From Lepidodermella squamata (lineage: Eukaryota; Animalia; Gastrotricha), in contig JBLDXI010000010.1 of assembly GCA_047495785.1 (NCBI GenBank), positions 1,612,001 through 1,676,000 of the forward strand: a DNA stretch of 64,000 nt, read 5' to 3'. A program made the translations under genes and the position numbers. Below the pieces are notes generated by a model. The model did no database searches, was not told the origin of the DNA, and worked only from the letters and a program-made list of their open reading frames with translations. Positions 38,179 to 49,748 of this stretch are shown here, one piece after another. The stretch's first letter is position 1, and every line of letters starts with the position of its first letter.

Positions 38179-39078
38179 ATGCAAGCCTTTTTAGCTCTAA
38201 GTCTTATTTTTGCCTGTTTCTTACATAGTTCCTTGGCTCAATGTGCTTCCTTTTACAGCCAATGTGGTGGAATCGGTTACACAGGCTATCAGTGCTGCCC
38301 AGAGGGCTATACCTGTATGAAAAACGATGATTACTACTCGGCTTGTCGACCGACTGGAAGCTCAGCCAATTGCACACTCGGCTATATCTGTTGCCCCGGC
38401 TTCGCGCCGAAATACAACGCGAATTTCAACCTACAGTGCTGCCCAGGCTACGGACCCTACGACACATCGACGCAGAATTGCCAGGGTATTACCGACGTGA
38501 TCAACCCGCAAATTTGCCCTGCTGGTTTCTTGTGCTGCGAGAATTACATCCCTATCGGGAATCCGAAGAAGGAGTTACGGTGTTGCAAAGGCTATGGTCC
38601 CTTCAACCCGAATATTGTGAGCTGCGATGAACTTCTGGATAGCTTGGCTAGGAGGTCCAGGAATGGATCTGGAGCCTACAGTTGCCCTTGGTACTACCTT
38701 TGCTGCCCGGGTTTCACTCCAGTTGAAAACTATCGAAGCGTCCATGCCTGCTGCCCAGGGCAAGGACCATACGACACATCGACTATGAACTGCTTATTCG
38801 ACGCGAAGAACAACACTTACGTTCTGAGGTAAGTAAAACAGCTACCTGGAACTTTCTAATTCTAAAATGTCCTTATTTAATCCAGCTATGTTTCGAATAC
38901 GATAGCGAACGTGCTGGGTAAGAATTCGAGCTGGACTTTCTCATGCCCTGATGGCAAACTATGCTGCGACAATTTCCCGCCGATTTCGAACCCGAACAGC
39001 ACTTTGAAGTGTTGCCCGGGCGCTGGTCCTTACAATCCAGGCTGGCAGCAATGTCCTCCCTCTGTTGGAAGACGATGA
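38179..39078 (+). CDS. Secreted CBM1 + 4 six-Cys repeats, 2 exons, C-terminal GRR
   Basis: CASFYSQCGGIGYTGYQCCPEGYTCMKNDDYYSAC. Intron 38829-38885 adds a 4th repeat (CPDGKLCC...CCPGAGPYNPGWQQCPPSVGRR*) that the ORF track misses. Confidence 0.85.
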
Positions 39079-39144
39079 GCAGTAGCATCCAGGAGACACT
39101 TGAAACTGAATGATATTAGGGTTAATAAATCAGAGCAAATTTAT

Positions 39145-40579
39145 TCATCTCCTATTTTGCATAACATCCATGTAATAAGCATCGATAATGACGATGATAA
39201 TGAAGAAGACCGAAAAAGCGCATACATCAACGAGTCTAACATTTGAAATTTCTAATGACTTGTAAATCTGACGCGTTTTTTCTCCCCATTTCGTTCCAGC
39301 AATCACAGTTGCAATCAGCACGTAAATTGTTATGCCAACACAAATCGCAAGTTGCGCCTCGATCAGCACTATCAAATAGATCCGCTTCGAAGTTCGCGGG
39401 ATTAAGCTGAATACGAGGCTGAGTAATACAGAGAACGCCAGATCGACAGTTACGCAGTAAGTTGGCCGATCTGGATGTTCTGGGTTCATGATGAAAGCGC
39501 AAAGTTGAAGGGCTATCATGATATACATGGGTAGAAACACGTTTCCGATGAAGTAGAAATGCTTCCGATCAAAGGCCATCTTAAGACTTATCCTATGGTA
39601 GACTTCCTGATCTTCCCTCTTCTGCGTCTTCTCGGAGTAGTAGAAAGCTTCAGGCACCGGGCTCCAAATATCAGCGTCATCGAGTAGCAGGGACATATTG
39701 TCGACCTCGTATTTAACTTTAGAAGAGAATCTAACCGCCCAAGTTGGCCAGCTGGGCTCGATATCAATACTGCACTCCATCCTATCGTAAGGGAAATGCT
39801 CAACGGCGAAACCATCGCAGTTAGTATCGATCAGGCGCGTTTCGTAACAGCTGCCATAGACGGGTTTCTCAGAGGCTCCTAGATAGACGATCGTTTCCTG
39901 GAAGAGGTTGATTTTGGAGGCTGCGTTAACATGGCGAATAACAGGTCGCCATGAGGTCGATGTATTGCTGACAAGCACTACCGCAAGAGGAGCCTCGTCT
40001 TCACCGTAGTACTCTCTGAAGTTCATAGTTTGGCATCCAGGCCCCGAGTAATCGTCTTCAAATTTAGGAAAAGGCCATGTAACTTCGATCTGAGCGAAAA
40101 CCGACAGGCTACAGTATTCACAAACAGGTGAGCAAAAATTGTTTTCAAATGTAAATATACCTTTGCCCTTTATCGTTAATCTCAGCGACTCGATACATGA
40201 TAAGAGTGAATTCGAGATCGATAGGAAAAGGATATGGATAAGGTGCTGGTCGAAGACTCATGAGCTCAATAATCAAATCTGTACTTCTAGCCAATGAGCA
40301 GAAATCGTAAAGGAAGTCTCGATTGACCATCTCAGCAAAGTCGGTAACATCTAACCAGCTTGATTTCGTTTGATTAGAGGAGAGCTCAGTTGGATTTTCC
40401 TCCGTCGAACTGAGAGTTTCATTTGAGGCCGGTTCGAGCTGAGTGGAATTGTCATCCAACGAGTTGTCAGTAATTTCAGTTTCATTGGAAGGAAATTCAG
40501 GCAGGGTAGAATTATCATCCAGCGAACTGGCTATACCGAGTACGGAGGCGATTAAAATAAAGCTATGCAAAGTATTCAT
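39145..40579 (-). CDS. Cys-loop channel subunit B1, 2 exons
   Basis: Intron 40160-40109. CDGFAVEHFPYDRMEC, M2 PDRPTYCVTVDL. Confidence 0.92.
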
Positions 40580-40756
40580 ATTCGTCCTGGAAAAAGCTAT
40601 TACATTCTTGAGAAACTAGCAGCCACTTGTGTATATACACATGTGTGTTTGGCCTTTTACGATTCTTTGTATTACGAGCATGAGTGTAATGTGTCAGTAC
40701 TGGAGATGAGAATGTGCCGGTGCTAGGTCGTAAGGCTTTTCAGCATCCAACATGTT

Positions 40757-42097
40757 TTATTCATAATATTCAGTCATTTTGACCATGTAATAAGCATCAA
40801 CTACAACGATAACAGTCACAAAAATAGCTGTTGCTATAAAGTCGACAATTCGAACGTTTTGAACCTTCACCAATCCGAAAAGCCGGCGCTTTGTCTGGCC
40901 CCATTCTGTTTCCCAGATAACCCCAGCCACCAGCGCGTAAATTGTGATGAGGACGCAAATTATCACCTGAGCTTCAACCAACACAACGATGTAAATAGTT
41001 TTTGACGTTCGCGGGATCAGTCCGAAGACTAAGCTTAACAAAACAGCGAATGATAGATCGACAGTGATGCAGTACAAAGGCCGGTCAGCGTATTCAGGGC
41101 TCATGATCAAAGCAGATAGTTGCAAGATGATCATTATAATCATCGGGACGAAGATGTTTCCGATAAAGTAGAAATAACGGCGTTTGAACTGCATTTTACA
41201 GCTGAATCGCGTGAATTTTTCCTTATTTTTGGTTATGAAATTAATTTCGCCATAAAATGACTCGTTAACCGCTTCCCAGACGTCTGAATCTCCCAAAAGT
41301 TGGCTGAAATCTTCAACTTCGCAGATTGAAGTGTTCGTTAACGATACCATGTTGCCTTGGTATGACGGCTCAATGTCTATGGAACAAGACATGGTGTCAA
41401 ACGGGAAGAAGGTTACATCAAATCCGTCGCAGTTCGTCTCGATAAGCCGGGCTTGTTCGACCAACCCTGTGACTGGTGTGATATGAGCTCCGATAGTAAT
41501 TTCATCAGCTTTGATAAGGTCGAATTCCCGAACAGCATTCACGTGGTACATCCTAGGCTGCCATGATACAGTGCCGTTTGCAACCAGGAAAACCTGTTGG
41601 TTTTCATCGTCGAAAAATTCAGTGCTATTCAGACTGCCGCATCCATGTATCGGATAACTCCAGTAGACCACAATATTTGTGTAAACAGAAAGACTCTGCG
41701 AAATGTCGTTGATTTCTGTGATACTGTTTAGCTTCAAATCGATTGTTGCATTGATGGGGAAATCGATGATTCGCCTTTTGAGTATCAGCTCGAGTACAAG
41801 CTCTCGCGAAGCAACAAGAGGGCACCTGTCCTCAGAATACCACTTGTAAAGCCTTTCCGAATACGTCAAGTGAGTATCGCTTTCTCCGGAAAAAGCTTGA
41901 TCATAATCTGATTGGTCGGTCCCAAGTTCCGTCAAGGTTAAATTTACATCGGCTTCAGTCCAGCTTGCCCTCGTATCAGCTTTTGTCCCGGTAGCATTTG
42001 CATCAGATTCCGTCGAGATTGCATTCGTTCCAGCATCACCTGTAGCATTGGCTGAGATTAAAAAAGGTATGAAAAGTAGTAAAACTGTGCTATTCAT
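40757..42097 (-). CDS. Cys-loop channel subunit B2, intronless
   Basis: 446-aa ORF with signal peptide, CDGFDVTFFPFDTMSC and four TMs. Confidence 0.94.
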   Translation of the reverse strand: MNSTVLLLFIPFLISANATGDAGTNAISTESDANATGTKADTRASWTEADVNLTLTELGTDQSDYDQAFSGESDTHLTYSERLYKWYSEDRCPLVASRELVLELILKRRIIDFPINATIDLKLNSITEINDISQSLSVYTNIVVYWSYPIHGCGSLNSTEFFDDENQQVFLVANGTVSWQPRMYHVNAVREFDLIKADEITIGAHITPVTGLVEQARLIETNCDGFDVTFFPFDTMSCSIDIEPSYQGNMVSLTNTSICEVEDFSQLLGDSDVWEAVNESFYGEINFITKNKEKFTRFSCKMQFKRRYFYFIGNIFVPMIIMIILQLSALIMSPEYADRPLYCITVDLSFAVLLSLVFGLIPRTSKTIYIVVLVEAQVIICVLITIYALVAGVIWETEWGQTKRRLFGLVKVQNVRIVDFIATAIFVTVIVVVDAYYMVKMTEYYE

Positions 42098-42859
42098 GCT
42101 TTAAGTGTGTATGCACGCTATATTACTACACAAGAGAAAAGCGGCAAAGTGCTGACACTCGTTCTCGTAATGTACACTGTACACCGGCAAACTATTATTA
42201 GGCAAACTGTCCTATTTCGACAATTCGGCAAACTGCAAAATTTACGAAAAGTCGGCAGGAGACTACTAAAAAAATTGATTATTAATAAATTCATTAAAAA
42301 TACAATATTAGAAATCACTAGTATATGAAAACGACAGCGGCAAAGAAATTAACTGCAAAATTACAGCAGATTTGATGCTGGGTGGTTCTATTTTCTTTCT
42401 CTATAAACACAGTCCTTCTGATCTACTTATTCTGCGATTTGAATACAAGTGGTTTTACCAAAATCCTCTTAGGCCAGATTTGCAGGGCCAAAGTCCAACC
42501 TTTTGTTGCTTGGATTTTGGATATAATAGCATCAATGAGAAGCCACTCTTGGCAGCACGCGATTCTTTTAATTGATAAGTATGGTGTAAAGAAAATCACA
42601 CCCACCAACCCGACCAGTCCCACTACCGCGACCGAGCAAGCCTCTATAGATCATCAGTTGCCTTGGTTCGATCGTTTCTAGAAACGAACAAATTGCTGTC
42701 TGAATGAAGCCACTCAAATAGGTCGATCAAAACGATTAGAGATTAGAGAGCTGTGCGATTTATGGCATTTAAAAGCATTCATACGTTTAAACTTGTTGTT
42801 CAAACATTGCTTGGACCAACGTGGCATTTGCCAGTTGCAACTTCGTTGGCGGTAAAATA

Positions 42860-45458
42860 CAGGGTGTTTCATAAAAAACCGAACTCCTATAAAAATGTAC
42901 TTCTGCTGCGCGTTATCGATTTTTTTCGCGAGCGCATTTTTTTCTCCAAAAATGCACCAAAACCGCACGGTCACCGCAAATTTTACGCATTTCTCCGAGA
43001 GAAAGCCATGCGGTAGCAGCAACAGAAATAGCGGTGTTTCAGGCACATTTTCAGTTACAGTATGAGTTTTACACGGTGAAAACAAAATTCCTCCGGTGAA
43101 TTCGCATATTTTATTACGATCTACATTTTCACCTAAAGTTTATACGAAAATTCGTTAGTGACAAGTTGTTTGCGGCTTCTCTATTACCAAAAATTCTATT
43201 TTTGCATCAAAATCAGCAAATAAACCTCCATTTTTATTGAACGGAGTGAACAATAGGGAGGTAAAAGTGTATTTATGTGCACTTCTAGCTCCGCCGAGCT
43301 CGGGCATCGGCATGAGACTCGAGCGAAAAGAGCGATGATCAGTTCCACACTATGGCCAGATTCGGGGGTTCCACACTAGAACAGCCCAACCAAAATTAGT
43401 TTCGTGCGGCCCCCAACATTAATTGCGCAACCAGAGGGTAAACATGGACTTGTGCGCGAGCGCTAAGTCCACATTTTTAAAAATTTCAGGGCCGCGCGCG
43501 CTAATGTCAAAGGGCTAGTTTTTATAAAGTTGGCGGTTTTTATACCAAAATATAGCTCAGACAATACTCTATCGATTGAATATGGTGTTATATGGAGCTA
43601 TATTTTGGTATAAAAACCGCCAACTTTATAAAAACTAGCCCTTTGACATTAGCGCGCGCGGCCCTGAAATTTTTAAAAATGTGGACTTAGCGCTCGCGCA
43701 CAAGTCCATGTTTACCCTCTGGTTGCGCAATTAATGTTGGGGGCCGCACGAAACTAAAAGGGCCCGGAATTGAGCAATCTAAGATATTATATTTCGAAAC
43801 TAGGGATTATCAGAAGTATTAACCACCAATGTAGTGCTAAAACATGCCAACCAAAGACCAAACAAGATGAGGCATAAGGCACTTGGTTATAGAACATTGG
43901 TCAGAATTTTTGTCGGAACGGTTCGGTCAGAACGCGCACGAGTCTACTGTGAGAATTGCGGACGCGCACTTCTTATGCATGATAGGCAATGGGCGAATGC
44001 ACCAAAGCAATTGATTTCGTTGAGAAAAAGACGAAAGAGCATTTTCTTTACTAAGCACAATAGCAGCACATCGCGTTGTTGTCGGTCAGTAGTAACAAAT
44101 TTTCGGCCGATCATTCGTGTCTCAGCGGCGAATTATTACGCCGCATATGCCCAGTGCACGCGAATCCGCATGGAGATACATTGCTCTCTTTGTGGTATAC
44201 GATATAGTTTTGGCAGATGTCCGTACTCACGATGTAAAATGAAATTATCCGCAGAGTTTTGTCAAGTTTTTGCTGACAGTTTTTTGTTTGAGCGGAGGGT
44301 TTACTATTAGTAGAGCCTTCCCCAGTAGGTCATACGTTGATTATATATTTACCACAGGTAACTAAAGTAGAACTCATTGACCGCTAATAACACGGCGTCC
44401 ATGTGTGACATCCTTCACTCTGATCGAATACTTGACACTGAGTCATGGAAGAATGCCAGTCGAGCCATACTGATTTCTGTCAAATCTACCATAGCCTTTA
44501 CCAAGCACTGCAGCGTATCGGCAGCGGCGGCATTGTGTTCTTCTCCCTTTCCGGTTTCTCGATAGAGTGTGTGCCGGCCATGATGCCTCAAAGGTTGTAG
44601 CCGAGCCTTTTCAGAGAGATATCCTGGGTTCGATCCCACGATTTTTGATCAGCCCGACTGGGTAAGGCACTTTAAACACGAGATATGGATGCATAGCCGC
44701 ACGTTCAATTTAGCGATAGTGCGCGTTCAAGTTCCTCGGGACTTTTGCACGGCGCATGCGCATAGCGAGATAAGTAAGATCTCATTTGACAATAATTCAA
44801 GAGCTCTAAGCAGGTTTGGACGGAGTTTACAAGTTATTTCAAAAGAGAGAATCAGAGACAATCAATATTCGGCCTTTACACTTCCCTAGTCGAATATTTC
44901 ACTGTCGTTTTGCCGTTGATCCACTTTCAGTTTGCCTGAAAAGTCCTGAAAACCTAAGAAACCACACACTCCGAGGTTAAACGCCACGAGGGAAATGCAG
45001 GTAACGTTACTTTTCAATGGTGAGACTTATTCAATTTCCTATTGGAACATTTGCTCGAATTTTCAAAACTTTTCACCGTCGTTTCACCGTTGATCTACTC
45101 GCAGTTTACCTTAAAACTGATAAAAATATAGGCAATCGCACACTTAAACCCACTCCAAAGCTAAATGAAAGAATGCACGGCAATAGTTTTGACGGCAATG
45201 TTAGTCTTTATCATCGAGGATAAATTAGGTTAAATATCAGAGAAATTGACCGCAGGTTAACCGTGAATTCACCGTGAACACACCGTAAAATGGCAGGTTT
45301 CACCGTAGAAATGCCGCATTCCTGCCGCTTTTTTCTCACCGCGACACTGCAAAAAATAACATGGCGCATGGAAAATCGATAACGGCAGTACTTTTCCTAT
45401 ATTATCTATGCATGCTAATATAAGGCTCATCTCGTACGGTTTTTTATGAAACACCCTG
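42860..45458. mobile_element. Non-autonomous Tc1/mariner-type transposon (~2.6 kb)
   Basis: Perfect 22-bp TIR CAGGGTGTTTCATAAAAAACCG with TA on both sides. No transposase ORF. Confidence 0.85.
43396..43757. repeat. Perfect long inverted repeat (163-bp arms, 36-bp spacer) inside the transposon
   Basis: 43396-43558 is the reverse complement of 43595-43757. Confidence 0.92.
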
Positions 45459-47035
45459 TAAGTGAACAAATTAAACAAGCTTAAAGGTTCCTCTGTCGCG
45501 CAATATGCTGTATATTTGCCACCATTATTTTCAGCCCCGGTTCCGAGCAAGCTTGGTTGAAATAATTAGGCGAAATGAGCACTGTTAAAACAAAAACCTG
45601 TGATTACGGAAAATAGCAGCGTCAACATTTATTTAAGCAGCAAGGCGGTTGTAATAGCTTGAAGAAGCGATTAATTACATAAATCCATCAATTTGAATAA
45701 TAGTTTTTCCAGCGATACTCGACATTGCAAAATGGGAGGATTGATACTCTTCTGAGAAATCACCTACTGAAAATTTGTTTTTATAAAACTGGATATTGCT
45801 TGACTAGCTAATGATACGACGGAATCACTAAAGCCCGCTTCACCGCGCTCGGCTTCCTGGTAGTTGTCCCCGCCACGTTGAGCTTCGTGGTAGTTGGCTG
45901 CCTGATATTGGCTATCACGCCTCATGCTCTCCATGAGCGGATACGTAATGACAGCTGTTACCTATTTCAAAAGCGTATTTATCATTGCTGTTCATCAATT
46001 TCACAAAACTCACCAAGCAGGCTGCAATCATTAGCTTGTAGATCATCTCCCGGCTCTAAATAACAGGGTGATAAAATATTAGACAGAAAAATTCCTTCAA
46101 TTAAATTAAGATGTGATGAATGAAGAATGAAGATATGCAGCCACTGTTTTGTGGGCTAGCGATGGCGTTCATTTGCGTAGTTGCGCTATATGAATTTGCC
46201 TTGCTGGCGATCTAGGGTGGCGTTAGCGAAGCCAGCGCTCTAAGTTCAGCTGTCGTTTCTTATCACGTGTTCACAATTCAACACAGCCGCCATCTCCCTC
46301 CTTTACGCAAAAGGTTTTGTTTCGCTGTCATTTGTGGTCAAATTGTTTAGTAAAATGAATTTTGGACTAATTGGCATAAAGCTTAAAAGTGATGTGAATA
46401 CTATTGATGGCAGTGTCGAAGATTTCGCTGAGAGTGGGATAGTGATTTTAGCGCTCGCTTGATTATATATTCTTAATTTCGGTCGATTTTTCGGTTGTCA
46501 GACCACATTTCATTGAACATAACCAATACAGCGAGCTAAGCTGGCGGTATTTTTACGATACCTGGACTGAAAATGGTCCAGGCGTTATTCCTGCATCATC
46601 CTGCCTGGGATAGCGTCGGTCCCTAGTAGGGATGATCCCTGGTATCCCTCCGGCATCTTCTACGGCATCTCGTGGCATGCATCTCCGGCATCTTATGGCT
46701 CAATTCTCACATGTCAAACGCAGGATAGGTAGAGATTAGATAGAGAAATTAAATTTCCCAATGACAAAATTTTACCATGCGCATTTAGGAGTGGTACTTG
46801 GTACTTATTCTGTGCTAACCACCATCTGATATCATCTGATGATAAATGTTCTGCAGCTCTGTCTTTGTATTTCGGTAGGAAGAATGTATCCGACATGGAG
46901 AAAAATCTTCAGTTTCGTAATAACGATTGTAAAAAGTCCCTGTGGAGGAACCAGAAAAACAATTCGAAGATGTGGAGCGTTTTCAATCTTCAAAATCCAT
47001 GCCAATTTCATTGCATCCTTATCCATTATTTTATT

Positions 47036-48304
47036 TCATAGCTCACTCCTTTCGGTCATTTTAACCATATAAATTGTGTCAACAATAATGACAACTATAA
47101 CAAAAATGGTTCCCGCGATCCAGTCGATAATTCTAACATTGGATACCTTCAAGCACTTGTAAATCCGATGCTTCGCCTGGCCCCACTCCGTATCCCAGAT
47201 GACTCCGCTGATGAGCACATAGATCGTGATGATGACGCAAATTATCACTTGAGCTTCGACCAACACGACAATGTAAACTATTTTCGAAGTTCGAGGAATT
47301 AGTCCGAAAACCATGGATAACAGAACAGCAAATGCTAAATCAACTGTGATGCAGTACAAAGGCCGATCAGGGTGTTCAGGGGTCATTATCAAGGCGGCTA
47401 GTTGTAGGACGATCATCAAAATCATTGGGACGAAGATGTTCCCGATAAAGTAGAAATAACGTCGTTTGAACCCCATTTTACAGCTGAATCGGTTGTAATT
47501 TTCCATATCTCTGGTAACATTTGTCACTTCGCCAATAAAAGAGCCATTAATAGCTTCCCAAACATCAGAATCTCCAAGAAGCTGATCGAAGTCATTCGGA
47601 TCGCAAGAAATGTCCTGAATCTTGATTAATTGACTAGGGTACGAAGGCTCGACATCTATCGAACAATCCATGACGTCGAATGGGAAGAACTGAACATTGA
47701 AACCGTCGCAGTTTGTTTCTATAACTCGCGTCTCGGTTGAGTAGGCAAACACTGGGTCTGAATAAGCTGCAATGGAGATCTCAGTGTCAGTAACAAGGTC
47801 AACATCACTGACGGCATTGACATGGAATAGACGAGGTTGCCAAGATCGGGTGGCATTGCCTTTTAGCCAGATCGAAGCATCTGAATCGTTGTACAATTTT
47901 GTTACATTAACGAAAGAACATCCATTCGCCGGGAAAGTCCACGCAGTCTTGATTGTGGAAAATACGGACAAAGTCTGTTGTAGATCACTGATTTCAAGTA
48001 TGTTGAACAGAGTGAGGTACAAGTCGACTGCGATGGGCAGATCGGTGTTTTGCCGCCGTTTGAGAATCATCTCTAGGACAAGTTCTCTCGAAGCAGCAAG
48101 TGGGCATTTCTTATCGACAAACCAGTCCCGCAATAGCTCGGCATTTGTCTTCCGATCTGGGTTAGTCCCATTGAAGATTTCGTTGTATTCCGAGTTATCT
48201 TCCACCTCAATCTCAGACGACAGCGTTGAAGTAGTGATATTTGAAGCTGAACAGCATCCACTCGCTACAACAAGCAATAGAAGCAACGTAGAAATAAGAG
48301 CCAT
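47036..48304 (-). CDS. Cys-loop channel subunit B3, intronless
   Basis: Signal peptide MALISTLLLLLVV at 48304. CDGFNVQFFPFDVMDC. Closest to B2. Confidence 0.93.
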   Translation of the reverse strand: MALISTLLLLLVVASGCCSASNITTSTLSSEIEVEDNSEYNEIFNGTNPDRKTNAELLRDWFVDKKCPLAASRELVLEMILKRRQNTDLPIAVDLYLTLFNILEISDLQQTLSVFSTIKTAWTFPANGCSFVNVTKLYNDSDASIWLKGNATRSWQPRLFHVNAVSDVDLVTDTEISIAAYSDPVFAYSTETRVIETNCDGFNVQFFPFDVMDCSIDVEPSYPSQLIKIQDISCDPNDFDQLLGDSDVWEAINGSFIGEVTNVTRDMENYNRFSCKMGFKRRYFYFIGNIFVPMILMIVLQLAALIMTPEHPDRPLYCITVDLAFAVLLSMVFGLIPRTSKIVYIVVLVEAQVIICVIITIYVLISGVIWDTEWGQAKHRIYKCLKVSNVRIIDWIAGTIFVIVVIIVDTIYMVKMTERSEL

Positions 48305-48426
48305 TATAATATAAGAAAATCTACGCAGTTCTAACAAGAGAAAAAGCACTAAACCTAGTTGGTAATAGTGCAAACATGTTAACTCATTCAACAGCCTTTT
48401 ACGCTCCGAAATTCCACATTTATTCA

Positions 48427-49748
48427 TCACTTTCCATACATTTTAGCTGAAAAGTACACATCTACAATTATAACAATGATGAAAAAGATGGCAAATGCTA
48501 TAATGTCTAGTATCCTCACATACCGCAACTCGAGTGATTTGTAGACCTGATGCGTTTTTTGAGACCACTTGGATTCTGTCAGAGTCCCAGCAAACAATGT
48601 ATACAAAGTTATAGCGACGCAAATGATGAGTTGAGCTTCAATCAGCGAAACTACATAGACTTGTTTAGAACTTCTTGGCAGATAGGTGAAAACTAAGATC
48701 AAGTTTACAGAGAAAGCCAGGTCGAGAATAACGCAGAAGGTGGGGCGGTGGGGATGCTCTGGGTTCATAATCAAAGAACTGAGCTGTAGGACTATCATTA
48801 AATAGGTTGGTAGAAAAATGTTGCCGATGTAATAGAAATATCGTCGTTGGAATCCCATTTTGAACGTCAAATGGCTATTTGTCATTCTATAAGCCGCTGT
48901 CACTCGAACTACAGTACTGACATTTGCCGTGAACTGGTCTGGCACCGGCTCCCAGACATCTGAATCGCCGAGAAGATTTGCGAAATCCGCAACTCCATAT
49001 TTGATTTCATCGGAAAATATGACAGATCCCTCGCCCCAACTGCCCTCCTCAAGTTCGATTGTGCATTCCATTGCATCGAACGGGAAGTACTCGATGTGAA
49101 AACCATCGCAATTTGTTTTGATCAGCCGTGTTTCTTCAATTTGGCCGCGGATATGCGTCGGATCATCAATGTGATAGGTGAGTTTCTTTGTTGGGATGAA
49201 TTCTAATTTATCAACAGCGTTTCGATGGTCGATTTTCGGTTTCCAGCTCATCGATGTATTCCCATTAAGAGCGAGTGAAGCATTCGGTGAATCTCGAAAA
49301 AGAACCAATTTGAATGCGCTGCCACAGTCGAAATTAGGATAAGTCCAAGTTGCGGAGGCTTTGGCGAAAACTGTTAATCTAATGTATTTCATGTTTACTA
49401 TGGATTTGAGGTAATTCAGGGCACAAACGTTTGTCCGATGTCGTCGATTTCAGCCACACTGAGAAGCATCAGCTGAACAGAAACTTCAATCGGCAAGACG
49501 TCACTTCGGTTTCGCAGCTGTAGCTCTAGAATGAGTTCGTCACTAGACGCTAGTGGGCAGTCAGTATTGAAGAAAAAGTCGTCGAAGAGTGGCATGAATT
49601 TCGGGGATGCCATTAAGGCTTTGATATACTCCGGCGGAAGAATGAAGCGAGAAGGAAGATCATCGGCTTGTTCTTCAGGAGAAACAGTCGAATTTATTGC
49701 GCTGATACTGATTAGAACAACCGAGAAGAAAACTAACAGAACATTCAT
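48427..49748 (-). CDS. Cys-loop channel subunit B4, 2 exons
   Basis: Intron 49428-49379. CDGFHIEYFPFDAMEC, M2 PHRPTFCVILDL. Confidence 0.92.

Noticed and set aside
38873-39088. Minus-strand 71-aa ORF
   Set aside because: Antisense to exon 2 of the CBM1-repeat gene.
44570-44646. tRNA-like B-box (GGGTTCGATCCCA) followed by TTTTT
   Set aside because: No acceptor, D or anticodon stems could be formed. At most a SINE or tRNA relic within the transposon.
43834-45550. Short ORFs inside the 2.6-kb TIR element as a transposase
   Set aside because: No HTH or DDE/D motifs, and the composition does not look coding.
46645-46696. Short GGCATCT repeats
   Set aside because: Only about 4 degenerate units with irregular spacing, and no evidence of function.
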